64,000 nt of DNA from Chiloscyllium plagiosum (GCF_004010195.1 NC_057718.1:93964039-94028038), one strand, 5' to 3'; positions 35,040 through 48,100 are shown, numbered from the stretch's first letter. Notes: generated from the sequence alone by a model not told the origin. A program made the numbers and translations.

Positions 35040-35855
35040 CACAACAATACCCAGGCTTGGACTGACAAATGGCAAGTAACTTGCACATCACACAAGTGCC
35101 AGGCAATGACCATCTCCGACAAGAGAGAATTTAAGCATCATTCCTTGACATCTGATGATTTAACCATAGCTGAATTCCCACAGTTAACATCTTGGGCTAA
35201 CCATTGACCAGAAAATAAACTGGACAAGCCATATAAATATTGGCTACAAGATCAAGTAAGAGTCTAGGTATCTGAAGTACATTATTCACCTCCTAACGCC
35301 CCAAAGCCTGTCCACCATCTACAAGGCACAGGTCAGGTGTGTGATGGAATACTCCCCACTTCTCTGGATGCGTGCAGCTCCAACAATATTCGAGAGGTTT
35401 GGCACCATTCAGCACAAAGTAGCCCACTTGATTGGCACCACATCTTCAAACATTCACTTACTCCACCATGAATGTATAGGAACAGCAGTGTGTACCATCT
35501 ACATAGTGCACTGCAGAGATTCACCAAGGCTTGTTAGACAGCACCTTCCAAACCCATGACCACGTCCGTCTAAAAGGATAAGGGCAGTCAATACATGGGA
35601 ACCACCACCAACTGCAAGTTTCTCTCCAAGTCACTCACCATCCTGACTTGGATATAAATTGCTATTTCTTTTGTGTATCTGACTCAAGATCCTGAAATTT
35701 CCTTCAGAACAGCAATTGGAGTCTACCTATACTCAAATGGACTGCAACAGTTCAAGAAGGCAGCTCACCACCGCCATCTCAAGGGTAACTAGGGATGGGC
35801 AATAAATGTTGGCCCAGTCAGCAATGCCCTCATCCCCAACTGAATAAAAAATAAA
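35040..35855 (+). mobile_element. LINE family 2 3' part (longest copy)
   Basis: QAWTDKWQVT, TIYKAQVRCVMEYSPLLWM...TIQHKVAHLIG; tail agggatgggcaataaatgttggcc...gaataaaaa. Confidence 0.85.
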
Positions 35856-36618
35856 CTTGCCTCATTTTTGGGACTCCATCAAACAGGTCTCTGAGAAGTG
35901 AATCTGATTAATCTGTTTCAAGAACACAATCGGGACGCAGTGAGGTAAGAATTCCAATTTAGTGCCAATGTATTTGGGATAAAGGAGGGTTTTATGCTGT
36001 CGGGAATAGTATGAAGATTTCTCTGAGTCACTTTATGGTCATCCAGTAACACATTTGTCGCATCTCTCACTTGACTAAGTGGATAAACCAGGTCCCAGAG
36101 ATGAAAGTACAACATATTAACACACAATCTGACCTAACCCTGAAATTAATCATTTCTGAAAGCTCTTCTGAATGAGTAAACCTCTCCCATTGAAACATGT
36201 CTTATATTCAGAACTAGCCCAGTGACATCAGGCCTAGGAGCAGGATGTGGATATCCTGTTTCACATGCACTAAGATTTAACTCTGCTTTACACAGTGTGC
36301 CTCTGAACACTCCATATTGTAACTTGGCTTACTTATATTTTTAAATTGCCCACTTCTCTCCAGTGTAAATATGAAGGTTAGTATGACCCTAACAAAGAGT
36401 CTGCCACCTGTTATTTGCAGATAAAGTTATTTGCATGGCAGATTATACTATGGGCGGAAGACCTTTGCTGCGCAAATACAGTATTTTTTCAAAGCAATGA
36501 CATTGAAACAAAGGTGCAATTCAAGCAAACATATACATACATTTCTGACCTTGGACTTACACTACTGAGTGGACAATTCAAGTCCGAAAGTGCCTCTATT
36601 GTGTCCTTAGTGCAAGTA

Positions 36619-36865
36619 CATAGAACATAGAACGTTACAGCGCAGTACAGGCCCTTCAGCCCTCGATGTTGCGCCGACCTGTGAAAGTGATCTGTTGCCC
36701 ATCTAACCTGCACTGTTCCATTATTATCCATATGTATGTCCAATGCCCATTTAAATGTCCTTAATGTCGGCGGGTCTACCACAGTTGCAGGCAGACCGTT
36801 CCACACCCCTTCTACTCTCTGAGTAAAGAAACTACCCCTGATATCTGTCCTATATCTCTCACCAT
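36619..36865 (-). mobile_element. young CR1 3' end
   Basis: FFTQRVEGVWNGLP; catagaacatagaac tail. Confidence 0.9.
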
Positions 36866-36924
36866 TTCTTTGATGGTGACATCCATTAAACCATTCCTTT
36901 GAAATGAGTTGTCTTGAATCCAAA

Positions 36925-37320
36925 TGTTATGAGTCCAGGCCTAACACCAGAAACTAGTGCACAACAGTCCAGAGCAACATTGAAAGGAAGTGCTGAGGGT
37001 GTGCTGCAGCAACAGAGGGGCTGTCTTTCACATTGGGTATTAATCTGAGGTTTTGTCCTCCCTAGGGGTCAGTCATTAAAGAAGGAGGTGAGAGATTTTT
37101 TTTCCTACTGCGCTGATCAAAGTTTGCACCAAAACCAATACCACTTTTAAAAAAAAGACATATTATCTGGCCTTTATCACATTGCTCATTTGGGAACCTG
37201 GCCTCTTCAAATTGGCTGCCCCATTTCCTGCATTATAACCATAACTACACCTCAAAATCACTTACTCATGCAAATTGATTTACAATGTTCTGAGGTTGCG
37301 TAAGGTGCTGTATTCATAAA
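36925..37320 (+). mobile_element. DeuSINE-like SINE
   Basis: gtgctgagggtgtgctgcagcaacagagggg...attatctggcctttatcacattgct...ttggctgccccatttcctgcattataac. Confidence 0.6.
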
Positions 37321-37827
37321 AGCCTTTAGTTTCTGAGAAAGCAGCATGAGGAATTTCAGGTCAACATGTTGACCCCTTGAATGGTACAATCATGCCCATT
37401 TATTACTAATTTCAAGTTATCTACATTATTAAAAAATAATCCACTCCTCTCAAAAGTACTGACTCATGCTCAGGTATGCTTTGTAAGGTTCCAGCAGGTT
37501 CCTAATACAGTACCTTAATTGATGCACAATGGCAGCAGGGTGTATTATCTAGAAAACACATTGCAGCAACTTACCAAGCCTCAAATGACAACCCCTTTCA
37601 CTTTACCAACTGGAAGGATCAGGCCAGCAGACGTATGAGAACACCAGTATCTCCAGGTTCTCCTGAAAGTTACAAGCCATCCTGGTTTGGGATTATATCA
37701 CCATTTCTTCACCATCACTGGAATAAAATGCTGGAACTCTCTCTAACAACACTGAGGAACATCCTCTGTTGGTTTACCACCACCTTCATGAGGACGAGTA
37801 GGGATGGGCAACTAATGCAGATCTTAA

Positions 37828-38140
37828 GATCATAGAATCCCTACAGTGTGGAAACAGGCCATTTGGCCCAACAAGTCCACACTGACCCTCCGAAGAGTGT
37901 CCTACCCAGACCCATTCCCCTACCCATCCCTGAACACTATGGACAAGTTAGCATGGCCAATTCACCGAATCTGCATATCTTTGGACTGTGGGAGGAAACT
38001 AGAGCACCAAGAGGAAACCCACGCAGACACGGGGAGAATGTGCAAACGCCACAAAGACAGTCGCCCAATAATGGAATCAAACCTGGGTCCCTGGTGCTGT
38101 GAGGCAGCAGTGCTAACCACTGAGCCACTGTGCCACCCAT
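37828..38140 (-). mobile_element. HE1-type V-SINE
   Basis: Full head, V-domain and tail on the minus strand. Confidence 0.92.
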
Positions 38141-38569
38141 ATCCTATGAAAGAATTAAAAAAGACACACTAGAGTATTTGGATGCTGAGTAAACAGACCT
38201 GAAACATTAAGTCTGTTTTCTCTCCACAGATTTTGCCGAGTTTCTGTAGCAAGTTCTGTTTTAGTTCCAGATCACCAGCGTCCACAACCATTTGTTTCAT
38301 ATTAGGGTAGAAACCTTAATTGAATTTCTCCACCTCACCGTCATTTTCCAAATAGACCTTTAATTAAAGCAGGGGCTGTTCTGATTTGTGAGACACTGCT
38401 ACTAGACCAGATGGTTTATCAACCCAGTGAAAATGGTTTCATTTGTTAACACTGATGTGTTGCTATTTCAGTCGATTACTTCAAGGCAATACTAAGATGA
38501 AATAAGTCAAATTGAGTTTCTTGTAATCTTATGTGCCATGTAACATAGAAATGGAAGTACAGTGGATGT

Positions 38570-38843
38570 AGATTAGTATGGAAACAGGCCCTTTGACTCA
38601 ACAAGTTCACACTGACCATCTGAAGAATAAACCCACCCAGTCCCATTTCCTTTTGACTAATGCACCTAACAGTACAGGCAATTTCCCATGGCCAATTCAC
38701 CTGACCTGCACATCTTTGGACTGTGGGAGGAAGCCAGAGCATCCAGAGGAAACCCACACGGACAGTTACCTGAGGCTGGAATTGAACCTGGGACCCTGGT
38801 GCTGTGAGGCAGCAGTGCTAACCACTGAACCAACATGCTACCC
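38570..38843 (-). mobile_element. HE1-type V-SINE
   Basis: Head gtgaggcagcagtgctaaccactgaacc with V-domain. Confidence 0.9.
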
Positions 38844-39369
38844 ATCATTCCCATCTCCTTCAAGAACTGAGAGTCACTTCATTTGTCAGTCCCTTCATTG
38901 AAACCATCATTTTGTATGATGCACTGTGTCATGTTTAAAGAGATGTATACTTTGAATTGGATAGAGTCAGGTTGCGGATTATTCATTTAAGGTTCATGTT
39001 TTTGCTTCCTGAATATTGCTGAGCAACCTGTCAGTTTCACTTTTCATTTCACACTCATCAGGACAAATGCAAGAGTGCCAAATTTCAAAGGATCACAACA
39101 ATTTAGATCTCAGCAAAGAAAGTGCTGATTGGAAGTTAGGTGATTTGAAAAATAAGTCCAACTATTTTAGTTGCTGAAGTCAAATTTCCTGATCATTTTC
39201 ACTGATTAGAAATACATATTAAGAACAGTGAGATATAATGGATAGCTATAATTGAGAACCTTATCCCAAAATCTATCTTTATGTTCTAGTATGAAACAGC
39301 CCAGGAGTAGGCCATTAGGGCCATCATACTTGTGCAAGCTCTTTGGAGAGTGATCAAATTAGTCCCAAA

Positions 39370-39787
39370 ACATGGAGGTGTACAGCACGGAAACAGACCC
39401 TTCAGTCCAACTCGTCCATGCCGACCAGATATCCCAACCCAATCTAGTCCCACCTGCCAGCACTTGGCCCATATCCCTCTAAATCTCTCCTATTCATATA
39501 CCCATCCAGATGCCTTTTAAATATTGCAAATGTACCAGCCTCCATCACTTCCTCTGGCAGCTCACTCCACACACGTACCATCCTCTGCATGAAAAGGTTG
39601 CCCCTTAGTTCTCTTTTATATCTTCCCCTCTCACCCTAAACCTACGCCCTGTAGTTCTGGATTCCCCCACCCCAGAAAAAAAGACTTTGTCTATTTATCT
39701 TATCTATGCCCCTCATGATTTTATAAACGTCTATAAGGTCACCCCTCAGCCTCAAACGCTCCAGGGAAAACAGCCCTAGCCTATTCC
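39370..39787 (-). mobile_element. CR1 3' part
   Basis: NRLGLFSLERLRLRGDLIDVYKIM. Confidence 0.92.
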
Positions 39788-40724
39788 TTGTATTTGATCT
39801 TCTAGGAAGGGAGCAGGTAGGATAAAATGCCAAGAAATAAAGAATGTTTTATAGCAAAGGACTATATTTCAAAATTCGTTGTTAATGCACTCTGGGACAC
39901 CCTGAGGTTGTGAAAATTTCTGACATCGGAAGCTTGAAGCATTGATTTCTAATCGGACATGTTTCTGTTTCACCAGAACAACTTCACCGCAATGACGTGG
40001 AAACCTGTACTTTGGCACAGAAGGGGATTTCACTTCTTGATGCAGACAGAATGGGAGCAGCTCAGAGAAACTTGCTCGCTGTCATTCTTAACCAGGTTTC
40101 AACTTTAGAGACAGAAAATTGTGTTTGTTGTTTGGGATGAATTTGAGTTCTACAAATAATTCTGATGCATAACTAAAATGAGATCAAATGCACTTAGTAA
40201 ATACTAAACAATGGTTATATAAAAACAAAGAATCACTTAGGAAGAAAGTAGTCCCATGGCCTATTTATTACCTAGTGTTTTCATTGAATCTTGTATTGTT
40301 TTGCTGCACTGCTCTCGTGAAGTTTGTTCCAAGATTCTGTCCAAGCAAGGCATGTCACATTTTGATACTGAGGTACAAACACCTATTTTTTTTATCAAGT
40401 TTGATATGAACTTTTTCAATGTTTGCTCTTCTCGGTCATGCTTAGAGGTGTTTGAATGCAACCTGATTTGACGACATGAATAATTGACTACACCCAGGTA
40501 CGTTGCTAACCAAAGGGAGAGTGTAATTTCAGGCCAACATTTGGCAGGTTTCACTTTGAGTGAAAAGGGACCTGCTGGGGTCCATAGAAGCAAAGGGACA
40601 GTGGGTAAAGTTGACATAGTCCTACCAGACCAAAGGCTTGCTCTGTCATTTAGAAAGAGAGAGGTGGCTTAACCCAAAGGTCACCACACCTCAGGCAAGG
40701 GGTGAGGTTGAGAAGAAGGAACCC

Positions 40725-41213
40725 AGATAGTCAGAGAGTTATACAGCATGGAAACTGACCCTTCAATCCAACTCATCCATGCCCACCAGATATCCTAAAT
40801 TAATCTAGTCCCTTTGCCAACATTTGGTCCATGTCCCTCTAAATTCTTCCGATTCACATACCCATCCAGATTTAAATGTTAAATGTTGCATTTGTACCAG
40901 CCTCCACCACTTCCTTTGGCAGCTCATTCCATGCACGCACCACCCTCTGCATGAAAATGTTGCCCTTTAGGTCTCTTTCAAGTCTTTCCTATCTCACCTT
41001 AAACCTAAGCCCTGTAGTTTTAGGCTCTCCTAGCCTGGGGAAAAGATCTTGGCTATTCACCCTATCCATGCTCCTCATGATTTTATAAACTTCTATAAGG
41101 ACACCCCTCATCTTCTGACACTCCAGGGGAAAATCAAGCCCCAGCCTATTCAACCTCTCCCTCTCGCTCCAACGCTGGCAACATCCTTGTAAATCCTTTC
41201 TGAACCCTTTCAA
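40725..41213 (-). mobile_element. CR1 3' part
   Basis: RGVLIEVYKIMRSMDRVNSQDLFP. Confidence 0.9.
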
Positions 41214-41667
41214 AATTCAACAAGTCAAAATGCCCCTCTTCTCTCCCTACCTCTGTATACCCAATGAGATTTAAACACAGCTTGACTCAAAGTGCCTGTA
41301 TAAAGGGGGCACCCATATTTGTACTGGGGAACCTCTTGATCTGCAATTAAATGGTCTAACACTGAGCTATACTCTACTAGGTAAACTCAACTGTTGTGGG
41401 AATTGAAGCCACACTGTTGACATCACTCTGTATTGACAAACTGGCTATCCAGCGAGCTGAACCCAATAAGAGTGCAAGGTTAATTGAGATACCTTGGACA
41501 ACTCTCTCACACATGTGTAGCAGGCCATCATAAAAGCAAAGAGTGCTGGTGGGTGGAGGTTACATTACAGCCAATTAAATGCCTTCCAAGTATTGGCAAC
41601 CTTAGCACAAGAAGGCTGTCCAAAAAGCAAAGACATAGGTTTCCAAAACATCTGTTTTGAATGGTAA

Positions 41668-42542
41668 AAACAAAATACCGCAGATGCTGGAGACCTGTAA
41701 TAAAAAGAGGAAGTGATTGAGAAACTCAGGAGGTCTGTCAGCACCCAGGGAGAGAGAAATAGGTTTAATCTTTTGAGTTCAGTATGACCCTACATCAGTG
41801 GTAAAGAGAGGTAGGGATGTGATAGCTACTCGGCTGTTGGGAAAGGCGGTGGGGGAGGGAGCAAGTGAAACAGAAACAATGGTCAATACAGTGTCCTAGA
41901 AGCTGTAAAATGAGACATTATTCCTTTACTTTGAGTTCACCTTCACTGGGACACTGTAAAAGGCCAAGGATGGAAATGTTAGCGTGGGAACAAGATAGTT
42001 CACTGAAGATACAATGAAAAAGTTAGTTGTTCTGATGGATAGAGTGGAGGTATTCCACAAAGCAGCCAGCCAGTGTGCTTTTGATGGCATTAATGTAAGG
42101 CAGATCACACTGAGGAACAGCATTTTCTGTTTAGGCACTTTATAGTCAGTAGAACTCAATACCTTCAAAATATGACCTGTGTACTCTGTTTCTCTTTCAC
42201 CACAGACCCCATAGTCCCCAGCCATGTCTCTTGTTGACTTTGGTCTTATCAAAGCAGACCCTTTTTCTCCTTTTCACGGCTAACATTTACACTTACTTTA
42301 CATCTCTGTTTTGCCATCATTATTACTACCTTTGTCCTTTTCTATGAGCCCGCTGACAGTCTGTTCCACTTGCTCCTCCACCTCAACCCTCCCTACGCCT
42401 ATCGACAGCATAAAAACACATAATTTTACACGCAGCTCTGAAGAACGGTGACAGCTGACGTGAAACAATAACTTCCTTTTTTCCCTTCACAGATGCTGTC
42501 AGACCTGCTGAGGTTGTCCAGCACTTTCTGGTTTTATTTCAT
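41668..42542. mobile_element. old family A-related PLE fold-back with GIY-YIG remnants
   Basis: Minus pLTR 41668-41800, plus pLTR 42437-42542 (ctgaagaacgg...gtgaaacaa); EEQHFLFR-like stretch at ~42110. Confidence 0.65.
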
Positions 42543-42766
42543 TACCGCACTATTTCAATTGCCCTTGTCGTAAACAATAACATTTCATTAACTTTCCGAA
42601 TTATGTGCTGCGCCTGCATCTTAGCCTTTTGCAATTCATGCATAAGGACACTCAAATGTCTCTGCATTTCAGAGTTAAATGCTTTCAAGTAGTAATTGTG
42701 GCCCAATGTCCTTGGCCCTGAGTCAGGAATGCTGTGGATTCAATTCCCATTTCAATCTTACAGCAA

Positions 42767-42941
42767 CGATGTGGAGGTGCCGGTGTTGGACTGAAGTGGA
42801 CAAGGTCAGAAGTCACACAAATCCAGGATGTAGTCCCAACAGGTTTATTTGAAATCACAAGCTTTTGGAGCGCTGCTCCTTCATCAGGTGATTTCAAATA
42901 AACCTATTGGACTGCAACCTGGTGTTGTGTGACTTCTCATT
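42767..42941. mobile_element. PLE family B fold-back inside a DeuSINE-like element (~42700-43255)
   Basis: ggagcgctgctccttcatcaggtg (minus hammerhead) with a mirrored aaacctattggactgcaacctggtgttgtgtgac arm; ttacagcaa at 42758-42766 and 42942-42950. Confidence 0.85.
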
Positions 42942-43449
42942 TTACAGCAAGGCTGATGTCTTGGCATTCAGTTGAGACATTGTTTGCTTTCTCAGTTGAA
43001 TGTAACAGATCTTAGTTCTACTTTGGCATGGAAATTCTTCCCATGTGGTGTGCCCGATATTGACCCTTCAATTACCGGTAGGAAAACTGGTTATCGATTA
43101 ATTCCCACAGTGCCATTTGCTATGTGTAAAAAACTATGTCCAAATTTGCCTGCTGTTCCATTCCTGCAGTGCCTAGACTTCAAAGGTGATTTCTTGGCTC
43201 TAAAGCACATTAGGAGGTGCTGAAATTGTGAAAATAGTAATACAGGTTACTTCTTTCTTTCAATCTGTCTATCAACAGGAGATCGATGCTTTGGCACTAA
43301 GACTAGCCCACAGTCTTTGCCACTTAAGCTTCCTCTCACAGTCTGCCCCCAAAGAAAGCATTTATTTCTAAGACACTGACTCTACGCACTCAACCTCAGT
43401 CTGCAATGTCTCAGCAACGAGGGCAGCGAAGGTGAACTGCTAGGGATTG

Positions 43450-43945
43450 CTTTAGATTCAGTCACTTCCCATAAGGCCTCTGTATCTTATCACAATTCTT
43501 CAAGACAATGGGTGTAGATGACAGCCCACATGTTTGGATCTCTACCAGCTGTGTAAATGCCTGGGACTGACACCATACCTGATAAGACAAGTATTCACAT
43601 TGAACCTGCGATTTGTCATTCCAATCCAGTCAGCTTTTCCGACATCGTTTGAGGGCGATGATCATCTTGAAGCCTGGATTCTGGGTAACCATGGATATGG
43701 TGCCACGCAATGGCTGATGACACCAGCACACAGTTCTGCAGAACATTGTTACAATAAAGTTCACGCAGGCACGAAGTCAGTGATCAAAAGGACTTTGGGT
43801 CTGTGCAAATTTTGATTCTGTTGCCTGGACAGATTTGATGTTTCCCCAGCAGCGTGCCCCTCCAGAGGATCTGCAAGACATTCATTGTATGCTGTCTCCT
43901 TCGTGGTCTGGCCAAACAACGTGACGTTCATCTGGATGTTTCAGA
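43450..43945 (+). pseudogene. PIF/Harbinger (HARBI1-like) DDE transposase relic
   Basis: MGVDDSPHV; WILGNHGYGATQWLMTP...AEHCYNKVHAGTKSVIKRTLGLCKF*FCCLD; ICKTFIVCCLL. Confidence 0.8.
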
Positions 43946-44228
43946 AGAGACTATGTTTGCCTTGGCAACGGTAGATACAGAACTATAGCAGACAGCTCAG
44001 GCAGGTGATGGCTTTGTAGGGTCTGGAGAAATAAGCAAAATGCTGTGAAAAAAATCCCTTTTTATAAGGGTTTATGAACAAAACCTAAGAGCGACATTGA
44101 GACAGTAGATACATCTCATAAAGGAAACAATTCACAAAGTCCTGCCACAGTCACACTCCTTAATATGAATCTGATAGAAATCACACAACAGAATAAAAGG
44201 AGATTTTATTGTCACATGGACTTAAGTA

Positions 44229-44447
44229 CAGGTTGTTCTGCTATAACGCGTGTTTCATCAATACAAATTCGCTCTAATGTGATTGATGAATTGGGGAGGC
44301 TGTTTCTACAGCGCGAACGTCTAAAACGTGCGTTGGCTGTAACACGATTACATTGCCAACACTTTAAGTGCTGTTTCGGAGGTGTGATTTTTCTATAACA
44401 CGGGGTTGCACAAGAATGCAACCATCATGTTATAGAAGAAGTGACTG
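44229..44447. mobile_element. Tc1/pogo-type MITE
   Basis: TA|caggttgttctgctataacg ... tgttatagaagaagtgactg|TA; imperfect TIRs with TA flanks. Confidence 0.65.
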
Positions 44448-44587
44448 TATGGGAATACACGTTTACAGTGAAAAGTGTAAAAGTTGCCATTCCCTGGCAC
44501 CATTTAGGTCACAAAACCAGAATTAAGAAAAAATGGCAGAAATAAAAGAAAGCCAAAAGATAAGAAAAATGCCCAGATCTTAAAGTA

Positions 44588-45068
44588 TTGTATAATATAT
44601 CCAAGTCATACAAATATTAATTGACATAATCTTATCTCCATGAAGGCATTTAGAGCTCTCAACTGTCGACGTACGCACTCGGCCCTAGCCTGGAGTCTGG
44701 GTTAGATTCAACATATAATTTCTCCAAGTCAAGGGTGTGGGGCTGGAAAAGCACAGCTGGTCAGGCAGCATCCGAGGAGCAAGAGAATTGATGTTTTGGG
44801 CAAGAGCCCTTCTTCAGGAACCATTCCTGATGAAGGACTCTTGCCTGAAATGTCAATTCTCCTGCTCCTTGGATGCTGCCTGACCAGCTGTGCCTTTCCA
44901 GCACCACTCTCTCGACCTTGATCTCCAGTTTCTGCAGTCCTCACTTTCTCTGATATAATTTGTCCAAGGCAACTTTTTAAAAGTAACTTCTTTAATATTT
45001 CTCTCTTATGCACAAATTAGACAGGCATATGTCAATTAATATTTGTATAACTTGGATGTATTATACAA
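44588..45068. repeat. 41-bp inverted repeat pair
   Basis: 44588-44628 versus 45028-45068, 39/41 complementary. Confidence 0.85.
44729..44952. mobile_element. PLE family A fold-back element
   Basis: Arms centred near 44821; TSD atataattt(c/g)tccaag at 44713-44728 and 44953-44968. Confidence 0.9.
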
Positions 45069-45532
45069 AACCCACACACTATGATGGAACTAACTTGTAT
45101 TTGCTGCCATAAATATCTATTCCTACAAACATTGTAGATGAGCACTTGAAATGTAATAACTTTCAAGACTATGGGTCAAGTGCTGGAAAGTGGAATCGGT
45201 GTAGATAGATCAGTGCAGACTCGATAGGCCGAAGGGTCTCCTCTGTGCTGTATGACTCAATGACCCTATAACTCTATGGTTGTATAGCTGAGCTGCACTT
45301 GCTGGATTTGCTTCCTGTGCTGTGTGAGATCCCAGTACTTATCCTGTGTGAACTCTTTTCCATTCACAATGTCATTATTGTCGGTGGAGAGCGCAGAGAC
45401 AACAACACTTTCAGTAAAATTCAATACGTTTCTGATAATGTTATCTCCATTGCATTACTGAAAGATGCTGATGAATTAATAAATACAGTTGCCTGATCCT
45501 GCATTAACAACATCTGACTACAGGTAGACATA

Positions 45533-46166
45533 GGAGAAAATGAGGAATGCAGATGCTGGAGATCAGAGTCGAAAAGTGTGGCACAAGAAAAGCACAGCTG
45601 GTCAGGCAGCATCCAAGGAGCAGGAGAATCGACATTTTGCTTCATCCTTTCATCAGGAATGTGGGGGGATGGAGGGGGGCTGAGAGATAAATGGGGCGGA
45701 GTGGGGCTGGGGGAAGGTAGCTAGGAAGGTAATAGGTAGGTGCAGATGGGGGGTGATGGTGATAGGTCCGAGCGGAGGGTGGATTGGATAGGTGGGAAGG
45801 AAGATGGAAGTGTGGGACAGTTCAAGAGGGCAGGGCCAAGTATGAGTGTTGAATCTGGTATGAGGTGGGGGGGGCGAGAGAAGATGAGGAAACTGGTGAA
45901 ATCAGCATTGATGCCGTGTGGTTGGAGGGTCCCAAGATGGAAGATGAGGCATTCTTCTTCCAGGTGTCAGGTGGCTAGGATTTGATGATGGAGAAGGTTC
46001 AGCACTTGTACCTCCTTGGGGGAGTGGGAGGGGTAGTTGAAGTGGTGGGCCATAGGGCGGTGGGGTTGTTTGGTGCACATATCTCAGAAATGTTCCCTGA
46101 AATGTTCCGCGAGTTGGCTTCCCAATGTAATGGAGACCACATCAAGAGCAACGGACACAGTAGATG
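45533..46166 (-). mobile_element. PLE family A 3' part: GIY-YIG endonuclease relic plus pLTR
   Basis: Minus strand LIYCVRCS*CGLHYIG and LEEECLIFHLGTLQPHGINADFTSF, then a C-rich tract, degenerate hammerhead and tail; aggtagaca at 45522-45530 and 46167-46175. Confidence 0.85.
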
Positions 46167-46239
46167 AGGTAGACACAGACAAGGAAGGCCCATTGGCCAT
46201 TCAGCTCATCCAGTCAGAAACACACTGCAATGCCTCACC

Positions 46240-46550
46240 ACAGTATGTTCCTTCCAAAGCCATGGCCACTTCCATCTAGAAGGACAAGGGCAGCAGATAC
46301 AGTACATGGGAACACCACCACCTTCATGTTCCCCTCCAAACCATTCACTATCCTGACTTGGAAATGTATCGCAATTCCTTAACTGTTGCTGGGTCAAAAT
46401 CCTGGAATTCCGTCCCTAATGGCATTGTGGGTCAACTCACAGCTGGTGGACTGCAGCATTTCAAGAAGGCAGCTCATCACCACCTTCTCGAGGGCAACTA
46501 GAGACGGGTAATAAATGCTGACCCAGCCAGTGATGCCCACATTTCATAAT
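46240..46550 (+). mobile_element. LINE family 2 3' fragment
   Basis: tcaagaaggcagctcatcaccaccttctcgagggcaactagagacgggtaataaatgctg. Confidence 0.8.
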
Positions 46551-46593
46551 CTGGAACATTATCATCATTACTTTGCTCAAAATACCATTCAAC

Positions 46594-46820
46594 ATGTGAG
46601 GAGTTTGCATGTTCTCCCTGTGTCTGTGTGGGTTTCCTTCAGGTACTCCAGTTTCCTCCCACAATCCAAAAGATGTGCAGGTTAGGTGGTAAATGCAGGG
46701 TTGCGGGATAGGCGCAGGGGCTGAATCTGAGTAGGACGCTTTTCGGAGGGTCAGTGAGGATTCGAAGGGCCAAATGGCCTCCTTCCAAACTATAGGGGGT
46801 TCTGTGATATGATTCTATGA
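46594..46820 (+). mobile_element. HE1-type SINE, 5'-truncated
   Basis: V-domain gagtttgcatgttctccctgtgtctgtgtgggtttcc plus tail. Confidence 0.85.
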
Positions 46821-47714
46821 ATAAGTCTCTCAATATCTTACAATTTGAGGAAATTGTTCAGCCCATCTTATTTCATTTATTTTGTTCACCACCACTTTGT
46901 GAAGGGCAACTAGGTCTGGGTAATAAATGCTGACCAAGCCAGCGACACCCACACCCCACAAATGAATAAAATTAAAGAGATAAGAATCTTGAAAATCAAT
47001 ATGTTTTAATTAACCAGTTTGGAATGCTATGACACACTGCCAAAGCAGGTGAGATTTGGACGTGTACCATGTAACCCAGAATTGGAGGCAACACCATCAC
47101 ACCATCACCACCTCTTGCAATGACTATTGCGTATACTAGTAACACAATGGAATAAAAATCAGGAGTGTTCTATAATGGGCGTGTATTAGACCTCACCTGA
47201 TCATTATCAAGTTGGTGAAGAGAAACACCTATTGTAAATTAAGAACAGTCTTCTTGGATTGGATACTCCACTTTTTAAGCACAGCTGATCCAGTTGTGGC
47301 TGGTTAGCTCAAATGGCTGGCTTCCCTGATTTGTGAATTAATGTGACGATAGCTATCATTTTCTCTTCCCAATCTTAATCATGATACTATGGTTCAACTT
47401 ATCTTTCCCTCACAAAAGAATGGTTTTCCAGGACTTGAATAACTTTATCTTTAACTCAGTTTTGTATTTGTCCAGCTGAACAAACCTAGCATTCGGTAAT
47501 ACCCAGAAAGTGACCACATCATTTGGGCATGTCACCTTCGCTAGATATTATATCTCCCTATGCTGAAAGTATCCAAGTCTTTCTATTTGCTGTAGGTATT
47601 CAGTACCATTAAGATGTTACCAAAGATGGAGGATGATACACCACCCCCACTTCCATTGGCCACCCTTCATGATCAATTGGATCTATCATCCTGGTGGTCC
47701 CATCTTAGCTCACC

Positions 47715-48100
47715 TTTTTTTAAAAAAGTTCTTTCAGGGGATGTAAACATTTCTGACAAGACCAATGTATGTTGCCTACCCCTCAGGTTAAACCATCACC
47801 AGTCATCTCTCTCTCTAGTGAAAGAGCTCACCTTACTTTACCTCCCTCATTGTCCCTGAACCGAGTGGCTTAATTGGCCACTTCAGAGGGCAGTTAAGAG
47901 AAGGAAATCTGCCACCTTTACTTACTCTGGAATCACATGTGGACCAGACCTCCTGCCCTCAAGGACATTAGTGAAGCAGTTGGGTCATTACAACAATCAA
48001 TGACAGTTGTCATGGTCACCGTGACCAAGATTCATCTTATGTTTCATTTAATGTTCAGGGAATTTAAATACCACCAACTGCAGTGAATGGATTTGAACCC
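47715..48100 (-). mobile_element. LF-SINE-like SINE
   Basis: gagtggcttaattggccacttcagagggcagttaagag...ggaatcacatgtggaccagacc...aaggacattagtgaa...gatttgaaccc. Confidence 0.7.

Noticed and set aside
39977..40095. Possible exon after tttctgtttcaccag
   Set aside because: Weak donor (gtttca), no recognisable peptide in the open frames, and no partner exons.
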